NCBI RefSeq assembly: GCF_023008165.1
Contig: NZ_JAKQZA010000001.1
Span: 396,796 to 420,795 of the forward strand
Reading direction: 5' to 3'
DNA length: 24,000 bases
Source: Kordiimonas laminariae
Lineage (GTDB): Bacteria; Pseudomonadota; Alphaproteobacteria; Sphingomonadales; Kordiimonadaceae
Program-made: the position numbers and the translations under genes
Notes under the pieces: generated by a model
What the model saw: only the letters and a program-made list of their open reading frames with translations
What the model was told of the DNA's origin: nothing
Databases searched by the model: none
Shown: piece by piece, positions 8,499 to 17,140 of the stretch
How positions within the stretch are numbered: the stretch's first letter is position 1
Layout of the letters: the number at the start of each line of letters is the position of its first letter

Positions 8499-9185
8499 AT
8501 GATGATTAGGCACATGATACAATCCGCCCCCAAAACCGCTCTTTTAGCGCTTGGCATCATCGCGTTGAGCGCATGTCAAACAAGCGGTACAACCCGTCAT
8601 ACAGATGCCGTGAATCGTTCCAGCGTGGAACTGGTTCGCCTGCCATTTGAAATTCGCCCCGAGGCTGATGGTACTGACACACTATCTGCTCAATCCGCTG
8701 TATCCATGCATGCATTCCTAACCAGCGTAAATGCGGGTTACGGCGACATCATTATGCTGGACGCACCATCCGCCACCCCGAAACGCTTGGAAGCTATTCA
8801 GGAATTTCTGAAAGAACGTGGGCTCACGTTTGGCGGGGTTGCCCCTCTCGGGACGGCGCCATCTGAACAAGGCGTTATGCTATATGTGGAACGCTATCAA
8901 GTTACTGTGCCTAACTGTGGGGTTTGGCCAGCAGACAATGCCTCTATTGCCCCAAACAACGCGGCGCCATTCCACGGCTGTGCAACAACCGCTACCCTGA
9001 ATTTGATGGTAGCGAACCCTCGCGATCTGGTGGCAGGACAAAACGGTCGAGCAAATGCGCAAGCTGCAGTTTCAGCAGTTAACGGCTTATCACAACCGGC
9101 AAGCACTGGCCCCAGGGTAACCTTCTCAGTGGAAGGATTAAACGAGATTGCGCCGACAAATACCAATTCAAGTGGCAGCAACTAG
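8499..9185 (+). CDS. cpaD: CpaD family pilus assembly lipoprotein
   Basis: Lipobox-like LGIIALSACQTSG, CpaD-like C-terminus (GCATTATLNLMVANPRDLVAGQ) and position between cpaC and cpaE. Confidence 0.88.
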   Translation: MMIRHMIQSAPKTALLALGIIALSACQTSGTTRHTDAVNRSSVELVRLPFEIRPEADGTDTLSAQSAVSMHAFLTSVNAGYGDIIMLDAPSATPKRLEAIQEFLKERGLTFGGVAPLGTAPSEQGVMLYVERYQVTVPNCGVWPADNASIAPNNAAPFHGCATTATLNLMVANPRDLVAGQNGRANAQAAVSAVNGLSQPASTGPRVTFSVEGLNEIAPTNTNSSGSN

Positions 9186-9191
9186 GAGGAT

Positions 9192-10418
9192 ATGATGACA
9201 GGTCCTTCAAAGAAAACCGAACGAGAAACTTTCGCAGCCTACTGCTGCGATGAAGCAACCATCGACCTTTTAAAAGCTGCCGCACCAAGCCGTGGCTGGT
9301 CAGAAAACATGGTCTTTTCAGGTGGTATCGCGGGAGCAGTGCGAGCGCTTGGTGCCATGCCTTGCCCTGAATTTCTAATTGTTGATTTATCTGACAGTGA
9401 AGACCCTCGGGCAGACGTTCAAGCGCTCGCAGAAGTATGTGAAGAAGGTACCGTTGTTCTCACTATTGGTGCCCTGAATGACGTTGGTCTCTATCGGGAT
9501 CTGTTGCACGCTGGTGTTCATGATTATCTGGTAAAACCTCTTGCTGTTGATGTTATCAAAGCAGCTATGCATTCAGCTGAAGAGGCCATGAATGCAGTTG
9601 AGGAAGTGGAAGAAGAAGGCCCAGCCAGTGAAGGGAAAACGATTTTCTTCATTGGAGTACGTGGCGGCATGGGCACAAGCACACTTGCTGCAAACACCGC
9701 ATGGCTGAGTGCAAACGGCGGTGAAAGCACAGCCCTTCTGGACCTTGATTTTCATTTCAGCTCATCAGCAATCCAGTTTGATCTGGAACCCGGCCGGGGC
9801 CTGTTAGATGCACTTGATAACCCAAACCGGGTTGATGGATTATTCCTTGACCGCGCTGTGGTAAAACCAAGCGAAAAGCTTTCCATTCTCTGCACGGAAG
9901 CAGCGATTGGCGTAGTACCTCGTCCTGCAGAAGGAGCGCTTGAACACCTTGTTGATACAATGGCAAATACATACCGAAATGTTGTGGTGGATATGCCGCG
10001 CCACATGGTACCTGAGCAACCGGAAGTACTGAACACAGCTACGGACATTGTTCTGATTACCGATCTTTCCCTTTCTTCAGCGCGGGACTGTATCCGCCTG
10101 AAGGCTTATTTAAAAACCTGTGCACCAGCGGCATCAGTTCACGTGGTTCTGAATAAGCTGGGTGCAGTTCCTGCTGAAGTGGAAGAGAAAGATTTCGCCA
10201 ATAGCATCGAAACAGAAATCAACGCACGCGTGCCGTTTGATGCGAAAGCAATGCTTCTTGCTGTGCAACAAGGCACAGTTATCGCTGATCACACAAAATC
10301 AGGAAAAGTTACCGCAGGCATGAAGGCTGTTAACAGCCTGTTTACCTCAGGCAGCGAAAATGCAGATGGGCAAAAACCATCATGGGTTAACAAGCTTTTG
10401 CAGCGCAAAGCTAGCTAA
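9192..10418 (+). CDS. cpaE: CpaE/TadZ-like pilus localization ATPase (receiver-like N-terminus plus atypical MinD/ParA domain)
   Basis: N-terminal receiver-like domain (...GVHDYLVKPLAVDVIKAAM). FFIGVRGGMGTSTLAANTAWLSANGG...LLDLDFHF is an atypical Walker A as in CpaE, with VVVDMPR following. AGGAGG RBS. Confidence 0.92.
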   Translation: MMTGPSKKTERETFAAYCCDEATIDLLKAAAPSRGWSENMVFSGGIAGAVRALGAMPCPEFLIVDLSDSEDPRADVQALAEVCEEGTVVLTIGALNDVGLYRDLLHAGVHDYLVKPLAVDVIKAAMHSAEEAMNAVEEVEEEGPASEGKTIFFIGVRGGMGTSTLAANTAWLSANGGESTALLDLDFHFSSSAIQFDLEPGRGLLDALDNPNRVDGLFLDRAVVKPSEKLSILCTEAAIGVVPRPAEGALEHLVDTMANTYRNVVVDMPRHMVPEQPEVLNTATDIVLITDLSLSSARDCIRLKAYLKTCAPAASVHVVLNKLGAVPAEVEEKDFANSIETEINARVPFDAKAMLLAVQQGTVIADHTKSGKVTAGMKAVNSLFTSGSENADGQKPSWVNKLLQRKAS

Positions 10419-10447
10419 GCACATGTTCTAAGTACAGGCATTCAGGT

Positions 10448-12145
10448 ATGAAATCTCAGGCATTCGGCAAAAAACGACAGGGGCTTAAAAAAAGCGGCAG
10501 CTTTGGCCGTGCAGCTATGCCTGCCGCACCGGGTGTTACGGATGAATTTCCACTTGAACCACTTCAACCAGAAGCAATGCCGCCTACCCCGGAACCAGAA
10601 GGCGCCGGTGCTGAAAACATTGATGCCGTTACCACATGTGCCCGCTCCATGCTTCTTGAAAGTTTCACGGCCGATGAACTCCGGATGTCCACCAAAGGGG
10701 ATGTGGAAAAGAAAATCGATCAGCTTATTGGTCGCTGTACGCAGATGGAAAATGCTGTTCTCAGTGAACGCCAACATACTGAACTTGCCCTGTATCTCCT
10801 TTCAGAAGCAGAAACAGCGATTGGCCGTATCGGCGATATCCCAATGGATTTGGATGCTGCAAACGACAAGCAGGATGATGGCACCGCAGCGCTGATTAAA
10901 GCAAAAGAACATATCCAACCGCTTCTGATGGAACATATTGATCCAGCAGCTGCCGCGGAACTGCCACGCCCGGAACTTGCTGAACAGGTTGGTGAAGTAG
11001 TGGGTGAACTACTCGTTCAGGAGAAGATCAACCTGAACCTGAAAGAACAACGGGATCTGGTTACCCTTCTTCTTGATGATATGCTTGGCCTTGGCCCACT
11101 GGAGCCACTGCTCGCTGATGAAACCATTTCCGATATTATGGTGAACGGCCCGCGGCAAGTGTATGTGGAGCAAAAAGGCCGCCTTACGCTTACTGACGTA
11201 ACATTCCGCGATAATCAGCACTTGATGAATGTAGCACAGCGTATTGTAACAGCTGTTGGCAGGCGGGTTGATGAAACATCCCCGATCTGTGATGCGCGCC
11301 TTGAAGATGGCAGCCGGGTGAATGTGATCGCCCCACCGCTTGCCATTGACGGTGCTTCCATTTCCATCCGGAAATTCACAAAGGACAAGATCACATTGGA
11401 TAAAATGCTGGATTTCGCCAGTATTTCAGCGCCTCTTGCTAAACTACTTAAAATCGCTGGCGCCTGTCGCCTTAATATCCTGATTTCAGGTGGTACAGGC
11501 TCCGGTAAAACAACGATGTTGAATGCCCTTTCCCGTATGGTGGATAAAGGCGAACGGGTTGTTACCATTGAGGATGCGGCTGAGCTACAGCTACAGCAGC
11601 CACATGTGGTACGCTTGGAGACCCGCCCTCCAAACCTTGAAGGGCAAGGCGAAATTACAATGCGCGATCTGGTTAAAAACGCACTACGGATGCGCCCAGA
11701 CCGTATCATCCTTGGTGAGATTCGAGGCGGCGAAGCGATTGATATGCTTCAGGCCATGAACACTGGTCACGATGGTTCCATGGGCACCATTCACGCAAAC
11801 CGCCCACGGGAAGCGCTGACCCGCCTCGAAAACATGGTAAACATGGCAGGCCTCCACTTGCCTGCAAAAGCAATCAGAGAACAGGTTAGTTCCAGTCTTG
11901 ATATGATCGTACAAGTCCAGCGGATGCGGGATGGTGGCCGCCGTACCACTCATGTAACAGAAGTTGTTGGCATGGAAGGTGATGTCATCACCACTCAGGA
12001 TTTGTTCAAATATGAATTCACCGGCGAAGATGAAAGCGGCCGTCTAGTTGGTAACTGGAATTCCACAGGCGTTCGCCCTCACTTCCTTACCAAAGCAGAA
12101 TATTTCGGTCTGGACCGTGCTTTGATGGACGCGATGAACGGATAA
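10448..12145 (+). CDS. cpaF: CpaF/TadA secretion ATPase
   Basis: Walker A ILISGGTGSGKTTMLNALSRM; VVTIEDAAELQLQQPHVVRLETRPPNLEGQGEITMRDLVKNALRMRPDRIILGEIRGGEA; GHDGSMGTIHANRPREALTRLE. Confidence 0.97.
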   Translation: MKSQAFGKKRQGLKKSGSFGRAAMPAAPGVTDEFPLEPLQPEAMPPTPEPEGAGAENIDAVTTCARSMLLESFTADELRMSTKGDVEKKIDQLIGRCTQMENAVLSERQHTELALYLLSEAETAIGRIGDIPMDLDAANDKQDDGTAALIKAKEHIQPLLMEHIDPAAAAELPRPELAEQVGEVVGELLVQEKINLNLKEQRDLVTLLLDDMLGLGPLEPLLADETISDIMVNGPRQVYVEQKGRLTLTDVTFRDNQHLMNVAQRIVTAVGRRVDETSPICDARLEDGSRVNVIAPPLAIDGASISIRKFTKDKITLDKMLDFASISAPLAKLLKIAGACRLNILISGGTGSGKTTMLNALSRMVDKGERVVTIEDAAELQLQQPHVVRLETRPPNLEGQGEITMRDLVKNALRMRPDRIILGEIRGGEAIDMLQAMNTGHDGSMGTIHANRPREALTRLENMVNMAGLHLPAKAIREQVSSSLDMIVQVQRMRDGGRRTTHVTEVVGMEGDVITTQDLFKYEFTGEDESGRLVGNWNSTGVRPHFLTKAEYFGLDRALMDAMNG

Positions 12146-12155
12146 GGGCAGAGCC

Positions 12156-13145
12156 ATGCAAAACGGAAATCTCGATATCCTTCTTCTTGCTGGCGGCATG
12201 ATCGGCCTGATCATACTGATTGCTGTTATCACGCTCTTTGGGTCTATGAACAAAGGCAAAAAAGAAACTCAGAAAAAGCTGGACCGCTTTCAGGAACGCT
12301 TTAATGACCGCAAAACCCTGAAAGGCGAGCAAGCACGCTCTATTCGCCTGAACCAAAAGGAAACTGGTTTTGCAGCGACGCTGGCCGAGCTTTTACCGCG
12401 CAGAGACCAGATTAAAATTCGGCTCAGCAAAGCAGGCATTGAACCCAATCTTTCCCGGTATGCGATGACATCTGGCGGTTTGGCTGTTGCTACCCTGGTC
12501 ACTCTACTACTGGCAGGTAGTACACCGGTTTTCTCGCTGCTCATGAGCATTATCGCTGGTATTGGCTTGCCCCACTGGTTTCTCAGTATGCGGATCAACA
12601 GCCGTATCGGGAAATTCACCAAGCAGTTTCCCGAAGCGATGGACCTTATGGTGCGTGGTCTTAAATCGGGCCTGCCAGTGAACGAATGTATTGCAAACGT
12701 GGCAACGGAACTGCCTGCACCAACAGGTACCGAATTCCAGAAAATCACCGATAGCATGCGGCTTGGTAAACAGCTTGAAGAAGCACTGTGGGAAACCGCA
12801 GACAGGCTGGATACGCCAGATTTTAAGTTCTTTGTTATCTCTCTCGTCGTACAGCGGGAGACAGGTGGTAACCTTGGCGAAACGCTGGAAAATTTGGCTA
12901 ATATCTTGAGGCAGCGTCAGGCAATGAAATTAAAAATCAAAGCCTTGTCTTCAGAAGCAAAAGCCAGCGCGTGGATTGTTGGCCTACTGCCTTTCATTAT
13001 GCTCGGAGTGATCATGCTGTTGAACTATGATTACGGCATCGTGCTTTTCACCCACGCAAAAGCGAAAATCGCAGGTATCGCTGCCCTGATATGGATGAGC
13101 ATAGGTATGTTCATCATGTCTCGAATGATTAGTTTCAAGGTGTAA
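12156..13145 (+). CDS. tadB: Type II/IVb secretion inner-membrane protein TadB (T2SSF domain)
   Basis: Multi-TM protein with LPEAMDLMVRGLKSGLPVNECIANVATELPAPTGTEF...GGNLGETLENLANILRQRQAMKLKIKALSSEAKASAWI. Directly follows cpaF. Confidence 0.93.
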   Translation: MQNGNLDILLLAGGMIGLIILIAVITLFGSMNKGKKETQKKLDRFQERFNDRKTLKGEQARSIRLNQKETGFAATLAELLPRRDQIKIRLSKAGIEPNLSRYAMTSGGLAVATLVTLLLAGSTPVFSLLMSIIAGIGLPHWFLSMRINSRIGKFTKQFPEAMDLMVRGLKSGLPVNECIANVATELPAPTGTEFQKITDSMRLGKQLEEALWETADRLDTPDFKFFVISLVVQRETGGNLGETLENLANILRQRQAMKLKIKALSSEAKASAWIVGLLPFIMLGVIMLLNYDYGIVLFTHAKAKIAGIAALIWMSIGMFIMSRMISFKV

Positions 13146-13146
13146 C

Positions 13147-14133
13147 ATGCAGGATATAGAGAACACACTCGGAATTCCGATTATTGACTTGCTCGCAATG
13201 GCCGCAGCACTTGTTGCCTTCCTTGTAATGTATGCCTTCTACCAAACCACTATTGTACGTGACCCTATGAAAGGGCGGGTAAAAAACCTGCAGGATAAAC
13301 GGGAAGCTTTGAAAGCAGGCCTGGTAACAAGCAGCAAACGACGCTCACCTGTTAAAAAAGTGGAAAGCATGAATTTAATGCGTTTGATCGCAGATAAATT
13401 CAAACTTCTGCAAGCGGAACAAACTCGCAAAATTTCCGCAGCCCTTATGCAGGCTGGATACCGCTCAAACGACGCTGTGGTGGTTTATCAGGTAGCGCGC
13501 CTCACCTTACCGCTTCTAATGGGTTTAATAGGTATTATCCTATTTTACGGCATGGGTAGCCTGCCTGAGCATAAAAATCTCTACCCTGTTTTCTCCATCG
13601 CGATGGTGTTCTTTGGGCTGAAGTTGCCGGATATATATATCACCAATTCCAAACAGAAACGCACAGAAGCCATTCGCCTCGCGCTTCCTGATGCGCTTGA
13701 TCTGCTCGTTGTGTGTGCGGAGGCAGGCTTAACACTGGATAGTGCCTTAAACCGTGTAGCAAAGGAACTAGGCCGAGCATACCCTGAGCTTGCGGATGAA
13801 TTTTCCCTAACAGCTATTGAACTGGGCTTCCTACCTGAACGGAAACAGGCACTGGTAAACTTGTCTGAACGAGTTGATGTACCCGCACTTAGAGGTGTGG
13901 TGACAACACTTATCCAGTCAGAACGGTACGGAACACCACTCGCTACTTCCTTACGTGTTTTATCAGCAGAATTCAGGAACGAACGCCTGATGAAAGCAGA
14001 AGAAAAAGCGGCACGTTTGCCAGCCACACTTACGGTACCGCTCATTGTATTCATCATGCCGACACTCTTTGTCGTACTTATGGGCCCTGCCGCCTGTAAA
14101 GTGGCTGATGATTTCATCAACAAAGGCGGTTAA
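13147..14133 (+). CDS. tadC: Type II/IVb secretion inner-membrane protein TadC (T2SSF domain)
   Basis: RLALPDALDLLVVCAEAGLTLDSALNRVAKELGRAYPELADEF...YGTPLATSLRVLSAEFRNERLMKAEEKAARLPATLTVPLIVFIMPTLFVVLMGPA. Confidence 0.93.
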   Translation: MQDIENTLGIPIIDLLAMAAALVAFLVMYAFYQTTIVRDPMKGRVKNLQDKREALKAGLVTSSKRRSPVKKVESMNLMRLIADKFKLLQAEQTRKISAALMQAGYRSNDAVVVYQVARLTLPLLMGLIGIILFYGMGSLPEHKNLYPVFSIAMVFFGLKLPDIYITNSKQKRTEAIRLALPDALDLLVVCAEAGLTLDSALNRVAKELGRAYPELADEFSLTAIELGFLPERKQALVNLSERVDVPALRGVVTTLIQSERYGTPLATSLRVLSAEFRNERLMKAEEKAARLPATLTVPLIVFIMPTLFVVLMGPAACKVADDFINKGG

Positions 14134-14147
14134 ACGCACCATCACCC

Positions 14148-14171
14148 GATTCGCCTTTTAAATGGCGAATC
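14148..14171. other. Perfect 8-bp-stem hairpin 15 bp after tadC stop, no U-tract
   Basis: GATTCGCC-TTTTAAAT-GGCGAATC read directly. Confidence 0.6.
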
Positions 14172-14338
14172 ATCCTCCAAAACAACTCCCCGCAGTTTCT
14201 GCACAGTTTGTCGCAGCGATGATTTGAGCAGCATTTACTAATCTTTCGATGGAAAAAGCGGTGCCTTCTGATCACAAAAACACAAAAATTTCGCAGAAAT
14301 TCAAGGATTTGCACGATTCTTATGACTAAGGCATTGAC

Positions 14339-14478
14339 CTCGCGCTCAAGATTTGGTCTTTTAGTTCTTGCGAGAGGGCGCGGCCTTGCTGCGTCTCTCC
14401 ATATTGTAACCACGCCTCGTGGTTACTCTATCCTCGCTGTCGTGACTCGGGCCGGGTATTTCCCGGCCACTTTTTTGT
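14339..14478 (+). ncRNA. Candidate structured RNA or 3'-UTR element: three successive hairpins plus a terminator
   Basis: Hairpins: CTCG(CGCT)CAAGA...TCTTG-CGAG (14339-14374); GAGAGG(G)CGC...GCGTCTCTC (14372-14399, mutually exclusive at the overlap); GTAACCACG-CCT-CGTGGTTAC (14406-14426); then GGCCGGG-TATTT-CCCGGCC-ACTTTTTT. No recognised RNA family. Confidence 0.35.
14450..14478 (+). terminator. Strong rho-independent terminator
   Basis: GGCCGGG (14450-14456), loop TATTT, CCCGGCC (14462-14468), then ACTTTTTTG. Confidence 0.88.
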
Positions 14479-14559
14479 CTAAAGCAAAATTCCCTTATTA
14501 GCTGCATTTTACAGCTATAAAAGAAATCAATCAGACAAAATTTTACGAAACCCCAAACA

Positions 14560-14592
14560 GAAAAAGCGGGCCAGAAACCTAGCCCACTTTCT
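14560..14592 (-). terminator. Rho-independent terminator for ahpC-ahpD (minus strand)
   Basis: On the minus strand, AAAGTGGGC...GCCCGCTTT (one G-U pair) is followed by TTC after a T-run (the + strand shows GAAAAAG at 14561-14567). It sits just beyond the ahpD stop. Confidence 0.7.
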
Positions 14593-14676
14593 TATAACAT
14601 CTGAATTATGACAATAATCAGGCGACACCTGCATTTTTCTGCAGGGTCATCCATACGCCTGACAATCTATTGCTGG

Positions 14677-15237
14677 CTAAGCAGCAAGGGTTTCTTCGCC
14701 TGTCAGCACACCTGCCACCGCATGCACAGTTGCAGCAATACGAATACTTGCCTGAATTTCTTCGCGGCTCAGGCCAGCTTTCTTCAGTTCCGCATCATGT
14801 GCAGCCACACAGAATTCACAACCGTTTACTGCAGAGACAACAAGCGAGAAAAGTTCGAAGTTCACTTTATCAGCTGGTGGTTTGCCGATAATCTGCATAC
14901 GGAGGTTTGCAGCCATACGCTGATATTCACCGTCTTTCGCCATATGAAGGAAACGATAGTAAATGTTTGTCATACCCATAATGGCATTCGCCGCCTTGGC
15001 GTTTTCAATTTCTTCAGCACTTAGATGCTGACCTGCTTCATCCGCGAACGCTTTGATGAGCGTTTCATTACCTGAAGCAAGAGCAGCTGCGAACAACGCA
15101 CCATATCGACGCTCTACTGAGAGAGTTTCTTCGCGCATCAAGGAAGAAAGGTTAAGTTTCAGGTCTTTAGCATACGTGGGGAGCTGGCTTTTAATTGTAT
15201 CTAACATGTCTCTTATCCTTAAAACTGTCGCTTGCAA
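14677..15237 (-). CDS. ahpD: Alkyl hydroperoxide reductase AhpD (carboxymuconolactone decarboxylase-like); start may be 15207 (MLDTIKSQL)
   Basis: NGCEFCVAAHDAELKKAGLSREEI is the AhpD CxxCxxxH redox motif. MLDTIKSQLPTYAKDLKLNLSSLM is a typical AhpD N-terminus. Downstream of ahpC. Confidence 0.9.
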   Translation of the reverse strand: MQATVLRIRDMLDTIKSQLPTYAKDLKLNLSSLMREETLSVERRYGALFAAALASGNETLIKAFADEAGQHLSAEEIENAKAANAIMGMTNIYYRFLHMAKDGEYQRMAANLRMQIIGKPPADKVNFELFSLVVSAVNGCEFCVAAHDAELKKAGLSREEIQASIRIAATVHAVAGVLTGEETLAA

Positions 15238-15354
15238 AAAAAGGGGCGGCCCCGGCTAAAAGAAAATTATGCGAGGAAAAGCCGGGGCCAAGTGCAGGCT
15301 GTTGCGAGGGGGATATACACAGCCTGCGTCAGGGAAACTTAGGGGTATTAAGTC

Positions 15355-15888
15355 TTAGAGTGTTTCTTCACCTGGGTTCCAGTTACATGGGCAAAGCTCA
15401 TCTGTTTGCAGTGCATCAAGAACACGGAGAACTTCTGCAGGGTTACGGCCTACTGATAGATCATTCACAGCGGCGTAACGGATGATGCCGTCCGGATCAG
15501 CGATGAACGTAGCGCGCAGTGCAACACCTTCTTCTTTGTCCAGAATACCAAGGCCGTCAGAAAGTTCTTTCTTCACGTCCGCAAGCCACGGGAAAGAAAC
15601 CTCACCAAGGTCATCGCGGCTCTGGCGCCATGCAAGGTGTACGAAATCTGTATCTGTACTTGCACCAAGTAGAACTGCATCACGATCAGCAAATTCTTCA
15701 TTCAGTTCGTTGAAAGCAATGATTTCAGTTGGACATACGAATGTGAAATCTTTTGGCCAGAAGAAAAGCACTGTCCACTTACCAGGATTACTTTCATTTG
15801 TAATACGCGGGAAATCATCCGCAGGCATGTTTGCATCAACAACTGCTTTAAGGTCGAACGCTGGAATTTTATCACCGATAGTAAGCAT
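15355..15888 (-). CDS. ahpC: Peroxiredoxin / alkyl hydroperoxide reductase AhpC
   Basis: MLTIGDKIPAFDLKAVV...FFWPKDFTFVCPTEIIAFNE has the peroxidatic Cys motif FVCPTE. C-terminal LCPCNW is the resolving Cys region. The start was trimmed from the track's 15993 to ATG 15888, where conserved sequence begins. Confidence 0.93.
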   Translation of the reverse strand: MLTIGDKIPAFDLKAVVDANMPADDFPRITNESNPGKWTVLFFWPKDFTFVCPTEIIAFNELNEEFADRDAVLLGASTDTDFVHLAWRQSRDDLGEVSFPWLADVKKELSDGLGILDKEEGVALRATFIADPDGIIRYAAVNDLSVGRNPAEVLRVLDALQTDELCPCNWNPGEETL

Positions 15889-16014
15889 GGTCTTGGTATC
15901 CTCTAATATAATCAAATCTGTTTCAGGCCGGTCGCTGTCTCGCTGTCGTTGCCTGTTGAAATGAATATGCAGGTAAAGAACAAAACAATCCAACCGATTA
16001 AAATATATTCTGTA

Positions 16015-16029
16015 ATCGTTTTTAACGAT
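16015..16029. promoter_or_regulatory. Palindrome ATCGTT-TTT-AACGAT in the divergent ahpC/oxyR intergenic region (candidate regulator site)
   Basis: Exact inverted repeat read directly. A further CGATTA...TAATCG inverted repeat spans 15995-16018. Confidence 0.4.
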
Positions 16030-16125
16030 ATAATAACGAACCCATTGAATAGCTTGCGTTTCAGAAGTTTTCGAAACATAATCGACTGAATGAATTATAT
16101 AGATATTTTTTGATCGGACAGGTAA

Positions 16126-17022
16126 ATGAGCTTTCCTCCCACCTTAAAGCAGCTGCGCTATCTGGTAGCCCTTCATAAAACTAACCATTTTGGTCGTGCC
16201 GCGGAAAGCAGCCATGTGACCCAGTCAACCTTATCCGCTGGCCTGCAGGAACTTGAAAACCTGCTTGGCGCACAACTGGTGGAACGCACCAAAAGAAGCG
16301 TGATGTTCACAGCCCTTGGTGAAGAGGTAGTGGATCGTGCCCTCAAAATCCTGAACGATGTGGATGACCTCACTGACATGGCAGCATCCGCCAAAGACCC
16401 GCTCAAAGGTATTGTCCGCCTCGGTATTATCCCAACGATCGCCCCGTATCTACTGCCGAAGGTAATGCCTGCCCTGCAAAAAGAACTCCCAGACCTTGAG
16501 CTACACCTACGGGAAGATAAATCTGCTGATCTCTGTGACCTGATGCGCTCTGGCGAGCTGGATCTTGTTCTTTATGCGCTGCCGTTCGCATGTGGTGATG
16601 CCGCCGAAATGCCGCTCTTTTATGATGGTTTTGTCGCCGCTTTCCCCGAAGACACAGCTCCGGGCAAGGAAATCACAACAGCACAGCTTGATAACAGCAA
16701 TCTGCTGCTGCTTGAGGAAGGCCACTGCCTGCGCGACCACGCACTTGATGCCTGCCAGCTTGTTGGTAATCAGGCCCGCCGAGAACTTTCTGGCACCAGC
16801 CTGCCAACAATTCTACAAATGGTAGCAGCTGGCCACGGCACAACCTTACTGCCCCAGATGGCAGTGGATGCTGGCCTCACGGATAACGTAGGTGTGGATA
16901 TTGTGGAATTTAAAGATATTAACCCAACGCGTACCATTGGCCTCATTTGGCGGAAAACCAACCCACGGGCTGAAACTTTCAAAGCACTTGGTGAAGTGAT
17001 TAAAAACGCCTGGGTTCACTAA
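16126..17022 (+). CDS. oxyR: LysR-family peroxide-sensing regulator OxyR
   Basis: LysR HTH (LKQLRYLVALHKTNHFGRAAESSHVTQSTLSAGLQELENLLGAQLVER) and EEGHCLRDHALDAC, the OxyR redox-cysteine spacing. Divergent from ahpC. Confidence 0.93.
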   Translation: MSFPPTLKQLRYLVALHKTNHFGRAAESSHVTQSTLSAGLQELENLLGAQLVERTKRSVMFTALGEEVVDRALKILNDVDDLTDMAASAKDPLKGIVRLGIIPTIAPYLLPKVMPALQKELPDLELHLREDKSADLCDLMRSGELDLVLYALPFACGDAAEMPLFYDGFVAAFPEDTAPGKEITTAQLDNSNLLLLEEGHCLRDHALDACQLVGNQARRELSGTSLPTILQMVAAGHGTTLLPQMAVDAGLTDNVGVDIVEFKDINPTRTIGLIWRKTNPRAETFKALGEVIKNAWVH

Positions 17023-17037
17023 ACAAACACACCACAT

Positions 17038-17084
17038 AAGAAAACCGCCAACCCTTGAGGAAACAACAGGGTTGGCGGTTCTTT
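17038..17084. terminator. Bidirectional terminator between convergent oxyR and katA
   Basis: AACCGCCAACCCT (17043-17055) / AGGGTTGGCGGTT (17068-17080), flanked by AAGAAA and CTTT. Confidence 0.85.
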
Positions 17085-17140
17085 AAGGGTGCGGCAAATT
17101 CCAGACAGCTCCGCACCCCTCCCGAGGATTTCTCGTTGAT

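Noticed and set aside
9387-9572. Various 60-160 aa antisense ORFs within the cpa/tad genes (e.g. 1840-2310, 6696-7046, 11215-11709, 12290-12757, 13581-14123)
   Set aside because: All lie antisense inside strongly supported tad genes and show no recognisable domains.
14117-14413. 98-aa - strand ORF after tadC
   Set aside because: Overlaps the tadC end and several inverted repeats; no family-like features.
14322-14501. 59-aa ORF MTKALTSRSRFGLLVLARGRGLAASLHIVTTPRGYSILAVVTRAGYFPATFLSKAKFPY across the structured region
   Set aside because: It reads straight through the strong rho-independent terminator at 14450-14468, has no clear Shine-Dalgarno, and is better explained as an open frame in structured RNA. 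A leader peptide cannot be excluded.
15889-15993. N-terminal extension of ahpC in the track
   Set aside because: Peroxiredoxin homology starts at MLTIGDKIPAFDL (15888). The extension would occupy the divergent promoter.
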